Origin: Callorhinchus milii
Taxonomy: Eukaryota
DNA: 64,000 bases
NCBI RefSeq assembly: GCF_018977255.1
Contig: NW_024704743.1
Location: forward strand, 35,776,001-35,840,000
Direction of reading: 5' to 3'
In this document: positions 1 to 11,689 of the stretch, piece by piece
How positions within the stretch are numbered: the stretch's first letter is position 1
Layout: the number at the start of each line of letters is the position of its first letter
Translations under genes and position numbers: made by a program
Notes under the pieces: model-generated
The model's database searches: none
The model's input: only the letters and a program-made list of their open reading frames with translations
What the model was told of the DNA's origin: nothing

Positions 1-214
1 AAATCCATTTTCGTTCCAATCACTAGAATGGATTAGAATGCAAAATAATCTTTGCATTATGCATTTGTAATGGGAAATCCCACAATAAGCACCTGGGAAA
101 TCCAATTATGAACCTGTGATGAAAAGCTTGTTAGTTTTAGCAATCTAGATCCCTGTGTGCGCGTGCGTGCATACGCCAGTGTGTGTGTGGGATGTGTTGC
201 GTGTCTCTGCCTGC

Positions 215-500
215 CCCCTCTCTCTGTTTAATGGGACAGGCAGAGAGGGGTTCAAAATAAGGAGAGATGAGAAAGAATATCTTCACTCACAGAGGGCTGT
301 TGGGGTATGGAATTAATTGCTGCAGTGGATATTCAAGCAGGATGGATGGAATCATTCAAAGGGAATTGGATAAGCACCTGAGCAGCCAATGTAATACAAT
401 GGGGAGTGAGCTGGAAAGTGGGATTTGTGATAAAAGATGATGATGTAGGTAGCAATGGGAAATAGGCTGAATGACCTCCTTTTGCACTGAACTGTTCTCT
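215..500 (+). mobile_element. Degraded CR1 LINE 3' fragment
   Basis: ttcactcacagagggctgttggggtatggaat...ttcaaagggaattggataagcac...ggctgaatgacctcct, similar to the CR1 3' ends at 29850 and 50700-50945. Confidence 0.65.
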
Positions 501-1102
501 AGTTATACGAGCAGTCTGGAAACACCTGGAAAGTTAACACATGGTGACACCGTTGAAGCACGCGCTCGCGGGTGTGTTTTATTTGGTGGGGGTGGGGGCA
601 TTTTATCAAACAGGTGGTAGTGGCAACTGTTGCTGAGTGGAGGGACTGGACTGTGTCGGAATTGAGAAGCAGCAGCAGATGGGCCGCAGTTACATTAAGA
701 GGAAGCGAGTGTGTGCTACACGGTTCGTCCTTGCTCTGCACTTTCATGCGGTTGGTTCAGTGTCGTGCTGTGTTCCACGTTTCAGGAAAATTACTCATTG
801 GTTGACTGGTTGTTTGTTGTGAAAGACCTTTCTGATTCACCGAGGCTCGACTTCATGAAGAGTGTGAGAGGCCAGGAGGAATGGCTCCTTGTCTCAACTT
901 AACCTACATTTTTGCATGGATTGAGGAACTGTGGAAGATGCCAGTGACTCATACAGCAACTGCTTAATAATGTTCCCAGGACAGGCCAAGGATTCAACCT
1001 TAAAAGGAGCTTTTTTTTAAAATCATCTGTTTTATATTTTTTATAATTCTTTTTGCTTTTTATTTTGGTGGGGAGGGGGAAATAATTTTTTGCCATTAAT
1101 TA

Positions 1103-1470
1103 TCGGATGAAGTGTTAAATTGGGGTCCGTTCCGGTGGCCTTAAAGATCCCATGGTACTATTCGAAAAGAGAATGAAGTTGCTCCCGGTGTACTGGCCAA
1201 CAATCCAACAACAACAAGATTACATTTGTATCGTGCCTTTCACATCGGGAGGACGGCCCAAGGCGCTGAAATCCCCCAAATAAAATTGGTCACTCACTGC
1301 ATAGTTGTTTGTGGGACACTGCTGTGCGCAAAGGGGCTGCTGCGTTTTGCCCACAAAGTACACAGTCAGTCCACTTTACAGTATATCCTGTGAAGCGCTT
1401 TGAGGCATCTCAACGTTGTGATAAGGTGTTATGTCAAATGCAAAATGCAAGGATTTTTATTATTATTATC
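1103..1470 (+). mobile_element. Deu-domain SINE fragment (SacSINE1/AmnSINE1-like), interrupted by an antisense L2 tail at 1207-1269
   Basis: tcggatga..gttaaa..aaagatcccatgg.acta.ttcgaaaag core, tgtttgtgggacactgctgtgcgc body and (ATT)n tail. Confidence 0.75.
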
Positions 1471-2169
1471 AGATTGAAGGATATGAGGGGATATCCTATC
1501 ATTGTGAACTACTTGGTGCCACCATTAAGAATTTCTGTGCCAGGTGCAGCACTAGCAGAGCTTCAGGTTTAGCGCACAGCATTCGGTCTCTGAACCAACT
1601 TTCTCACTATCGTGCCATACTGTAATGCAGCTTGGGATTTAATAGATTGCAAGCACTGTGTTACAACATGTTGCGTTCTCTTTGTGCATCTGAGTTTGTA
1701 TATCTCTTACACCTTGAGCTCACCACTTGGCTGTAGACCTTATGTTGCCCCACTTAAAGTACGCTTTTTATATGGCTTTCTTCCCTCACTCCTCCCCACA
1801 CAGAATTTCCCCCCTCCATCAGCATCACATAAACGTGCTCACACACACACACACAACGCACTTATTTCAAATTTGATCCAGATCATTTCCTTCTGCTGGG
1901 GAGTGAGAGAAGGAATGGGAAAAAAGCATTTAATTGGGAGAAGTAGAGTTCCAGTGCAGCGGGGACACACATTGGTAGGGATACACCCTGTTTTTCTATT
2001 TTTTGAATTGATCCATGACTGACATGTTCAGACACTTCATAGATCCTGATACCTTTGTATTCTCAAACTCTGCCCCATGCCTACTGCATCAGTGTGAATA
2101 GCTCCACTTCCCACATCTATTACTGTTCTAATGCAATGCTGACTTATATGGGGAAATGTCTCGTGCCGG

Positions 2170-2400
2170 GGAGGGGGGGAACAACACTGATTTGTGCTGG
2201 AGGGTGACATTTACTTGTGTCCCAGGTTGTGTGGGGAACACATTCACTTGTGCGGTGGGGGGTGACATTGACTTGTGCGGGGGAGGGACGACCGCATTGA
2301 CTTGTGTAGGAGACGGACATTGATTGGTCTGGGGGACAATAATGATATTGACTTGTACGAGGGTGGGGGGCATTGACTTTTGCGGGGTGGTGGGGGCTGA
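2170..2400. repeat. Degenerate G-rich minisatellite, about 27-bp unit (CATTGACTTGTGCGG-G run)
   Basis: About 8 imperfect repeats of cattgacttgtg followed by a G tract. Confidence 0.7.
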
Positions 2401-2562
2401 CTCATGCGAACACCTGCCCTTCAGTGCCTGGCCCAAGATTTTTTGTAAAAAGTGTATTTTTTTTGGTGATGTGGTCCACCTGATACATGAACCAAACGCA
2501 AATAAATCAATCAATAAAATAAATAAATAACTGGAGCTCGCCTTTCTCTCGTCTTTGCACAG

Positions 2563-2704
2563 GCACATGAAGATTCATGAAAAGGAGCCTGGCAACTCCG
2601 TAGAGTCAAGTCCCCCGTCACCCACCAAGCGCCGGAGGCTCTCGGTGAAAAGGAAGTTGAGTCAAGAGGAAGAGCACAAGGAAGAAGAATCACCCAGCAA
2701 AAAG
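2563..2704 (+). CDS. RREB1: RREB1 internal coding exon (end of a C2H2 finger, basic NLS-like stretch)
   Basis: Flanked by tttgcacAG and GTattt. Translates (R)HMKIHEKEPGNSVESSPPSPTKRRRLSVKRKLSQEEEHKEEESPSKK, which resembles RREB1 HRHMKIHEK...PPSPLKRRRLSSKRKLS. 142 nt; phase fits the next exon. Confidence 0.93.
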
Positions 2705-3249
2705 GTATTTGCAGCATTCGATTTGACAAACTGCCCCTTCGGATCCTCTTTGTAACACGGAGTTATTACACTCGGGTCAGAGAAAGGGGAGTAATACGAT
2801 GGGCCAGGCTTTACTTTTATTTGTGAATTGGTTTGGCAGTAACAAGTTGAGCATTTGCTTAAAACATGATTGTATACGGCTCCTGGAAACGTCTGCACTT
2901 TTAACAATTATTTCACTCGCAAATGCCTGGCCACTTTTGATGTGCTTGGTAATGATTAAGTGTTAGTGGCTTGCTAAAAATTAGCCACACTAATTTATTT
3001 TATGACAACTGGCAAAAAGTCACTCCCTACAAGCACATAAGTCACGTGGCTAGTTATGGAGGTCATTAAAAAAAATCCTTGTACACACAGTGTAGCATTC
3101 AGTCAGTCTTTCAACTCTCAAATAAAATTCTGATACCAGTCTCCTCTAAACCACTGAGGGGAATAAGCCAAGTGTGTATGTGGCCTGAACCTTTGTGTGT
3201 GCGTGCGTGCGTATGTGAGTACTCTCCACCCACTCAGCAGGCACCGGCC

Positions 3250-3520
3250 TGCTTCACGTACCCCACCGCACTTTCAGTGGTCGGACTTTCAGCTTATCTG
3301 CCACCACTCTGTGGTACTCCATACTGGAGGCTCTTTGACTCACGGGTTCCCTCGTCTCCTTCAAAATCCACACGAAAATGTTCCTGTTTGACTGTGCTTT
3401 CAGCCATCTTTTCCTACCTTGCCCTAACCCCTCAGCTCCATCCCAGCTTGGGTGCGCACCCTGAACTACTCTTTACCTTGGGACATTCTCCCGACGTAAA
3501 AGACACTATGTAAATCTAAA
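3250..3520 (+). mobile_element. L2 LINE 3' fragment
   Basis: Similar to 11380-11660 (cctgcttcacgt...ttgggacattctcccgacgtaaaagacactatgtaaat). Confidence 0.7.
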
Positions 3521-5149
3521 CTTGTAGTGCGTGTGTGTATGTGTCTATGGATTTGTGTGTTTGTGTGTCTGTGGGAGGTTGTCTGTGTACGTGTGTGTGG
3601 GGGGAGGGGCAGAGCCTCCACTAGTTGATGGAGTGAGAACATTAGAGGTCATGTCCTCTTGGGTTTTTGCACGGCTTAGCTGGCTGGAGACTGCCACGAG
3701 GAGTGGTGCGTGTCCTGGAGGGCAGACATTAAAAAATATCAAACTGCAGCAACAAACTTACATTCAAGTTCTGCTTTCCCCACGAAAGAATGGACAGTGG
3801 CGGGCGGGAGTGTGAGGAAAAGGCGTGCGCTTTGCCCAGAAATCAGTTTCTGTAACCGTGAGAGAACTTCTGAGAGCTGTTAATTGGGTGGGAGCCGAGC
3901 ACAAACGGGCCTTGTAATACTCTGAGGCAAAGGGCACGTCGCCTGCTATCTGACTGAGTTGCTCGGGATGTGCCTGGCAGTGCACGAGTCTGAGGAACAT
4001 GCTGCGGTTAAATTAGTGTGAAGGTCAATGGAAGTCAGAGGCTGCTTAACAGCCACAATTGAACGTTTACTCACACAGATAGCAGCTCATTATTCATAAT
4101 TTTTCCATCTGCTCTGAAGTCCTGAATGAGACTTTATTATCCAAAGTGATCTCTCTAAATATTACTGTTCATCACTGGGCTGTGCTTGACTGTGATTTGC
4201 ACTGCAAATTACATTGTCTTACATGTGATAGTAATCCTTGTTCAGGCTCCCTGTAGAGGCCCAGTGTGACCTATAATAGCTGCAGTCATCGTGCAGTTGT
4301 GCAATGTGAGGTTTGTAGTGCTGGAGGAGATTGTATCTCTATCTCTTTGCACACAACCTCTTATGTTTGTACCACATCGAGCGTCTAATAAAATCTCGGC
4401 AGCGTTTCAGCCTGCAGCACTTTCCAACAACCCTCTTGTTGTTTTACCTGGCGGAGAGAAGTAGCTGAAACTGTTAAAGGGCCAGTGTGCGCTTCCTACC
4501 CACAGTCACACCTGCCGCAGTAGTTTGTGTTCACCTTTTAAAAAAATATTCTTATGTTTTTGGTGAAGTTTTGCTCCCACTAGTGCTAGCAAATGGAATG
4601 CTTTCCTCTATCAAGCCCTCCATTTGCCAGCGGTGCGTATTTCTCTCTATTTTTTGTTTCTTCTCTCTTTTTCACTCACCCCTCTCCCTCTCTGTCTCTC
4701 CCTCTCTATCTCTTGCTTCCCTCATTTCAAAACTCTGAAGATGATTTAATGAGCGATATAAAACCAGATCGGCATATTTCACAATCTTGTTAAGTGCTTA
4801 AGTGCTTATCAGTGGCAAAGATTTGCTGTGGGAAAGATATTTTTAAAAAACGGGCTTTATAACCAGTCAAACCTGTTGCAACACCTCGCTGCCTTTCATC
4901 CCACTTTTATATGAAGAGTTTACTGGAGGAAGCAAACCCGTAATTTAAAGCAGGCAGCTTTCCAGATGTGGTACGTTTCTCCGAGCTGGATCAGCCTCTG
5001 CCTCCGTAGCGAGTTTCCTCGGTCTCCGGAAGGAAAAGAGAATGTGGAGTCATTTGCGCATGAGGAAAATTTGCTGTCATCATCCGTGATGGGGTGATGT
5101 CTGCAGGTTACCATTTTATTTGGTGATTGTCAAAACTTCAGGCACCACA

Positions 5150-5520
5150 TTGGGGCTTTGAGCTCACAGTCTAGGTAGACACCACAGTGGAGTGCTGGGG
5201 AAACGCTGCATTGTCAGAGGTGCCAACCGTAAGATGAAACATTAAACTGAGGTCCCGACTGTCTGTTCAGGTGGATGTTAAAGGTCCCATAAGCACTATT
5301 TGAAAGGAAAAGGGAGTTTCTCCCAGTGTCCTGGCCAACAATCCTTCAGATAAAAAATTGGTCATTCATTTCATGATTATTCATAGGAATTGGCTATGCA
5401 CCAATTGGCTGCCATGTTTCCCTAGAAAATACACAGTCACTACATTTCACAGTAAATCCTGTGAAGGGCTTTGACACCTCTCGATCATGTGATAAAGTGC
5501 TAGATCAAATGATTATTATA
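5150..5520 (+). mobile_element. Deu-domain SINE, older family
   Basis: gcattgtcagaggtgcc..gatgaaacattaaactgaggtcc..ggatgttaaaggtcccat.gcactatttgaa core plus L2-like tail. Confidence 0.75.
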
Positions 5521-5750
5521 TTAAGGGCTGTGGAACCAGAAAAAATGGTTGGCTGAGGCTGAGGAGGGAAAGTCTGGGAAGATAACAAGGCGTCCTCCCG
5601 ACGTGAAAAGCGCTCTATCAAATGCAAGGATTATTATTATAAGGCGGTCGGTCACTGAGTGTCTCTGAAACAGCAGAATAAAACTAACCTCAGTCACTCG
5701 GTGTGTGTGCACGTGTGTGTGTCAGTCTCTCACTCCTTCTCCTAGTATCA

Positions 5751-6068
5751 GTCCTGTAGCTCAGTGGAGTCCTGTAGCTCAGTGGTTAGAGGACTCGCCT
5801 CGCAGGCAGGTTTCACTTCCTGTCAGGGCAAAACCTTGGGCAAGTTTCCTTACTCCACTGCCTGATAATAATCCCCAAGAAAGAAAAACAATAATAAATT
5901 TGTTCACTTCAATCCATGACTGTTTGTGGGACACTGCTGTGCGCAATTGGCTGCTGCGTTTCGCCCATGAATATACAGTCAATTCACTTTACGGTATATT
6001 CTGTGAAGCGCTTTGAGACATCCAGAAGATGTTAAAAGCGTTATATAATTATTATTGCAAGGATTATT
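5751..6068 (+). mobile_element. tRNA-Ala-like SINE with L2-type tail; 5' end duplicated
   Basis: gtcctgtagctcagtgg occurs twice in tandem; body matches 19209-19540. Confidence 0.85.
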
Positions 6069-6689
6069 CCATCCTTCCATTCTCTCCTCATCGCTGTTTC
6101 TTGGTCTGTTTTTTCAGTCTCTCACTTTTTCCCCCTTCCTCCATTCCTCCCCACCACCCCCTCTCTTTTTCTTGTTTTGAACTCCCTCCTCTGGGCAAAG
6201 TGTATTTCTAATCAGTTACAGCCCCCAAAAAGTGGTAAAGGGAAATCATTAACGGTTAATTATGCACCATAATCATACACTGCCGTAATGTTGAGAAGTC
6301 AAGTAGAAATATGTTTACACTTTCCTAAATGAAGCTGTGTGGATTTGATTCTGTACATTATTAAATTACACCTACATGGACCAACAAAGGAAGGTACGGT
6401 CTCTTCAAAGTGACAGCTGGGAAATGGCAGGTTAGACTTCAGAGCCATGTAGCTCTCCACCTGCCTGCTGTTAAAAGCCTTGGGTTACTGTAATCTCTGG
6501 ACAGTGTACAGAGGAGCCGTACAATAAACCGTGTGCAGAGAGTAGTGACCCGAGCCCTCATGGGACAGAGAGCTAATGAAAGCCAGAAAATCGAGGAACT
6601 CCAAAAGCCGCAGCACACTGCAGTCAGCAATTAGCAGCTAAACGTCTGTGTAATGTACAGGCTGTCGCCCTGTGGTGTGCCTGCTGGTG

Positions 6690-6790
6690 ATTGTCTGTCA
6701 CACCAGTCTCTGCCACCCTGTCACAAAAGTCTCTGCCCACCTGTCATACCAGTTTGTGCCCACCTGTTACACTAGTCTCTGCTAGTCTAT
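6690..6790. repeat. Short tandem repeat, about 22-23 bp (CACCAGTCTCTGCCCACCTGT)
   Basis: About 4 imperfect copies; a CT-rich simple repeat follows at 6825-6932. Confidence 0.6.
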
Positions 6791-6979
6791 AATATAGTTA
6801 GTTAGTCACTTGTCAGCAGCGAGTCTCCTCTCTCTTGCTCCCCCTCTCTCTCTCTCTTGCTCCCCTTTCTCTCCAGCTCCACTCTCTCTCTTGCTCTGCT
6901 CGCTCGCTCCCATCTCTCTCTCTCTTTCTCTCCGAATGGCCTCCTCCTGTGCTGTAAACTTCTGAAGGAATCCATTGTC

Positions 6980-7280
6980 TATCGGATGAGACGTTAAACC
7001 GATGTCCTGTTTGCCTGTGCAGTTCCCATGGCACTATTTGAAAAGAGAAGGGAGTTTCTCTCTCCCGGTGTCCTGGCCAACAATCCCCCAATAAAATAGG
7101 TCACTCACTCCATGGTTGTTTGTGCGACACTGCTGTGTGCAAATTGGCTGTCACGTTTGTTCCATTCGTTCTACAAAACCCACAGTCATCCCACTTTACT
7201 GTAAATCCTGTGAAGCGCTTTGGGACTTCCTTCCACTTGAAAGGCGTTATATTAAATGTAAGGATTGTATGTATTATTAA
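6980..7280 (+). mobile_element. Deu-domain SINE fragment
   Basis: tcggatgagacgttaaaccga..cccatggcactatttgaaaagagaagggagtt..tcctggccaacaatcc. Confidence 0.75.
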
Positions 7281-7442
7281 TGATCACCGGTCAAAACGTC
7301 CTAGGTTCTAATCCCGGTGTGCGCTGAGCTGCTTGTGTTCCTATAGAGCTGGCAGCTTAAAAAAAAATCTTGTGCATTTATCAATCTTATTATTTTCTAC
7401 CTCCCTTCCTACCCCCTACCCCCCCCATTCCCTAAACCACAG

Positions 7443-7582
7443 GTGGCCGGAGAGACGCCATCTGATGAAGAGGAAGACAAGAAGTCAGAGGAGGTCCTAC
7501 ACTGCCCTGTGTGCTTTAAAACTTTCATCTGCAAGTACGGACTGGAGACTCACCTGGAGACTCACCCAGATTCCAGTCTCAG
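7443..7582 (+). CDS. RREB1: RREB1 coding exon, one C2H2 finger
   Basis: ccacAG|GTGGCC...CTCAG|GTaagc. Translates [46 protein letters not shown](R). This frame is not in the ORF track. Confidence 0.95.
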
Positions 7583-7814
7583 GTAAGCTTGCCCCTCCCG
7601 CTCTACTGCATATGGTGTCAGTCTCTCAGTGGAAAGGCAGGAACAGGCTGCCTGGGTTTTACGTCTTAGTTTCAGGGCTTTTTAAGAACCTGATGGTAGA
7701 AATTCTACCTGCCTCTAGATTTGCTCTATTTCAGTCTGGCTTCTTTGGCAGCATTCATCAACAACCACAACAAGAACTACACCAATTTGCACGTATACAA
7801 CCTTCACCTGGAGT

Positions 7815-8230
7815 AGCGCTCTCGTCTATGAGTCAGACGGTTGTGGATTCAAGCTCCACATTGGGACTTTGAACTCACAGTCTAGGCTGGCATTCCAATG
7901 CAGTGCTAGGTCTATGCTGCATTGTCAAAGGTGTCGTCCTTCGGATGAGACATTAAACATTAAACTGTCTGTTCAGCTAGACATTAAAGATCCCATGGCA
8001 CCATGCAGAAAAAGAAGAGAGTTTCCCCTCTGTGTTCTTGCCAACAATCCCCCAAAATAAAAATCAGTCACTCACCCATGGCTGTTTGCGGGACACTGCT
8101 GTGAGCAAAGTGGTTGTTGCATTTCCTACAAAATACAGTCACTACACTTTACAGTGTAGCCTGTGAATTGCTTTGAGACATCTTGATGACTTGATAGGGC
8201 ACTATATCAAATGCAAGAATTATTATTATA
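7815..8230 (+). mobile_element. Near full-length Deu-domain SINE; an antisense SINE tail follows at 8236-8330
   Basis: tRNA-like head (gagtcagacggttgtggattcaagctcc), cttcggatgagacattaaac core and (ATT)n tail. Confidence 0.8.
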
Positions 8231-9634
8231 TGTATAACAATAATCCTTGCATTTGGTATAGCACCTTTCACATCGGGAGGTCCTCTCAAAGCGCTTCACG
8301 AAAGTTACTGTGAAGTGGAGTGACTGTTTATTTCAGAGCATCCAGTTTGTCAAATTCATAAATACAGTCTTTACTGTACAGAAAAACGTCTTGAAAATTA
8401 AGACCGAATTAAACAATTTGCCAAATTTTGGGTGAATGTGGCGGGAATAGAATCAATCTAGTCCCAGGTGGAATTTCTTGCTATTTGGTAAAATATGAGA
8501 GCTGACAAGACTGCAGAGTTGCTGGCCTCTTGGACAAGGCAGCACTCACACACACGGTTTGTGTTTACGGGCATGAGGCTGAGCTGATCTCAGTGTGTGT
8601 GTTTCCTCCAATTCTCTCAATATACATGGCCGTGTTTTTCAAACCTTTCAGGACCTGATGATTATCTAGTTGGACATCTACCTGTTTAAAGGGTGTTTGC
8701 AGGTCTAGTGAAGACCTTTGAAGTGTTTTGTGTTGTCTGTAATGCATACTTTTAGTGTAGATAAGGGCCGACTGACCCTCTTATAATGTAGTAGTTTGGG
8801 TCCATAAACTCTGACCCCACATTCAAACGCCTTGGACAAAAAACAGTGGCTGCTAGGCAGCACTTCCTCGTCGTAAGGTCACAGCTGACAACCACTTCCT
8901 GTGCTTAGGAGTGCCACTGATGCAATTTCCTGAGCAGAGCATGGAAAATGACATTAGCAGTGCTTCCTGCAGGAAGCCAGTCAGTCAGTGTCTATTTCCA
9001 GTATTGCAGGGTCCATAACTTGCATTTTAAATGGACTCTTGCTGTATCGGGTTGTGTTATAACAGGGTCAGCTTGTACAGGCAAGAGGGTACCAAATGCC
9101 CAGAAGTTCCCAGGAGAATCCTCCCAAGAGAATCTTCTCACTTCTCCTTCCACCTTTCTACATTTCTCTACATCTCCTCCTCCTGGCTGCAATTCCCTAA
9201 ATTATTTTGTTTCAGTCACCTCAATCAGATTCACCTCTTAACCTCTTCAGCGCCAGTGAATGTAATGCTAATTTACTCAGCCTTTCATCATAATCAACAA
9301 GCAAAGCAATACCCAGGTCTGGTCTAAGTTTCCCAGCTTACTGTAAGAAGTGTGATCTGTTACAGCTCTCTACAAAGTCCATTGATTTTCAGAAATGAAA
9401 TTGAAAAGTTGACAATATCTGACAAAGCAGCCAAAGGCCCTTTGATCAACCACAACATGTAGGTTTACAAAGTTATGTTTGTAAATGGAAAACAAAACTG
9501 ACACGACCCCAAACATTTTGTTTCCTCTTTTATTAGTTATCCTTTTTATATCACTGTTTTCATTGCATGTTATTTGTGTCCAAACTGGTTCTCAGGATGC
9601 AGAGTCCTGTGTATAGACAGTGTGGTTGAACTAG

Positions 9635-10000
9635 AAGAGGGTAGGGAGGTTGTGTGTGAGAGAGAGGAGGGTAGGGAGGGTGTGAGTTCGTGAGTGGAGG
9701 GTACGGAGGTTGTGTGCGTAAGAGAGAGGAGGGTACATTGGGTATGTGTGAGAGAAGAGGAGGGTAGGAAGGTTGTGTGCGAGAGAGAGGAGGGCACATA
9801 AGGTGTGGGTGAGAGAGAGGAGGGTACACGGGGTGTGTGAGGGAGAGGAGGACACGTAGGGTGTGGGTGAGGGATAGGAGGGTACATAGGGTGTGGGTGA
9901 GGGAGAGGAAGGTACATAGGGTGTGGGTGAGGGAGAAAAGGGTACATAGGGTGTGGGTGAGGGAGACGAGGGTACATAGGGTGTAGGTGAGGGAGAGAGT
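9635..10000. repeat. Purine-rich minisatellite, about 30-bp unit (GAGGGAGAGGAGGGTACATAGGGTGTGGGT)
   Basis: About 12 copies, more homogeneous at the 3' end. Explains the repetitive minus-strand ORFs. Confidence 0.9.
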
Positions 10001-10734
10001 GGTTATGATTTGTGCTCCGTTGGAATTATATTCGGAATGCCAGGAGGCAGCATTGATGTTATGTCCTGCTCCAGACATCCTCTTAATTCCTTTTTGAATG
10101 AGAGCAATCCTCTTTTTGTGAATTGCTCTCCCCTTTCTAAGCTCTCTCTGTGACATGCATAAGCGTGCCCAGCCCCTGGCAGGAAGGTGAGAGGTCAGTC
10201 AGCCTGCTTCCTGCCAAAGCCGCGTGGAGTCTGGCTGTGGGACTAGCTCCCGACCTTCCTGTTCCATCTGTGGGCTTCGAGACAATGATATAAAAAACCT
10301 CTTGCGTGTGTCTGCTGTTGTCGATGTCTTACGGAAGTCATGTGCATGCGCATATTATCACTGAAAATAGCCCGCTGTACACAGCCTGCATGTTCTGTTA
10401 TTTAATAATAGTCACAGAGACTGAACAAGGAGAGGGGCATGTTCTCCCAGGAACACTGCTTTGTGACTGACTTTCTTGGATGGAAAATCCCAGGAATTGG
10501 TACCATTGTAGTGATACTACCTTCACATGCGGGTGAGATTACCTAGATGGCAAAAGCAATAGTAAGACACACACACCTCGCTCCCGTCCAGTGTCCTTAG
10601 AAATCCAGCCATTTTTTATTCATTGATTTGGAGCAATTTAATGGTAGCTTCTCTTTATGTTGCCCAACCAGTCTGTGCCGATGTTTATACTCCACACGAG
10701 TCTTCACCCATCCTTCTATTCCCCTCTCCATCAC

Positions 10735-11676
10735 GTATATGCGGATGACACGCAACTGTACCTCTCTGCCTCCATCCTTGACTCCAGGACTACTGCTGTC
10801 CTGACTGAATGTCTGTCAGACATCAAGTCCTGGATGAGAGCTAACTTTCTTCAGTTGAATGTCAACAAGACCTCACCTCAGGTGCTGACAGCATCACCAT
10901 CCATGGTTACATACTCCACCTTATTAAGCCAGTCTGGAACCTTGGGGTCTTATTTGACGCGCAACTCTCCTTTCTACCCCACATCTGCGCTATGACCCGC
11001 TCTGCCTTCCCCACCTCCGCAACGTCATCTGGCTCCGCCACTGTCTCACACCGCAGGCCACCGAAACCCTCATATATGCTTTAATTACATCGAGCCTCGA
11101 CTATGCAAACCCTTTGCTTGTCGGCTTCCCCAACTCCTCCCTCCGTAGCCTGTAAATCATCCAGAACTCTGCAGCCCATGTCCTCTCCCACACTAAGCTC
11201 CGCGACCCTAACACTCCCATCCTCGCCAGACTCCACTGGCTTCCAGTCACACAGAGGATACAGTTCAAGATCCTGGTCCTCACCTTTAAAGCCCTCCACG
11301 GTCTGGCTCCCTTCTACCTCTGCGACCTCCTAACCCCCTACCATCCTGCTCGCTCTCTCCACTCAGCGGGCTCCGGCCTGCTTCACGTCCCCGGCCTCGC
11401 TCGCCCCACTATTGGCAGGCGGTCCTTCTGCCATTCTGCCCCCACCCTCTGGAACTCCATCCTGTAGCCCCTCCGCTTCACCCCTCCCTTGCCTCCTTCA
11501 AGACCCATCTCAAGACCCTCCTCTTCGACCATGCTTTCGATCTCCCTGCTTCCCCCCCGTCCTCCACCCTCCCCCACCCCGACCCCCAGCTCAGGTCCAA
11601 AACTCTGTCCAGCGCCTTGGGACGTCCTCCCGACGTGAAAGGTGTTTTACAAATGTAATTTTGTTGTTGTTGTTGT
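10735..11676 (+). mobile_element. 5'-truncated L2-clade LINE (ORF2 RT C-terminus plus 3'UTR), disrupted
   Basis: YADDTQLYLS, W..NFLQLN..KT, NLGVLFD and LHWLPV..RIQFKILVLTFKALHGLAP across frames. Ends in GGACGTCCTCCCGACGTGAAAGG...(TTG)n. Confidence 0.92.
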
Positions 11677-11689
11677 ATAACTTCCTCTT

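Noticed and set aside
7333..7872. 179-aa ORF
   Set aside because: Wrong frame across the real exon 7443-7582; runs through intron into a SINE.
9560..10156. 198-aa and 135-aa repetitive minus-strand ORFs
   Set aside because: By-products of a 30-bp stop-free minisatellite.
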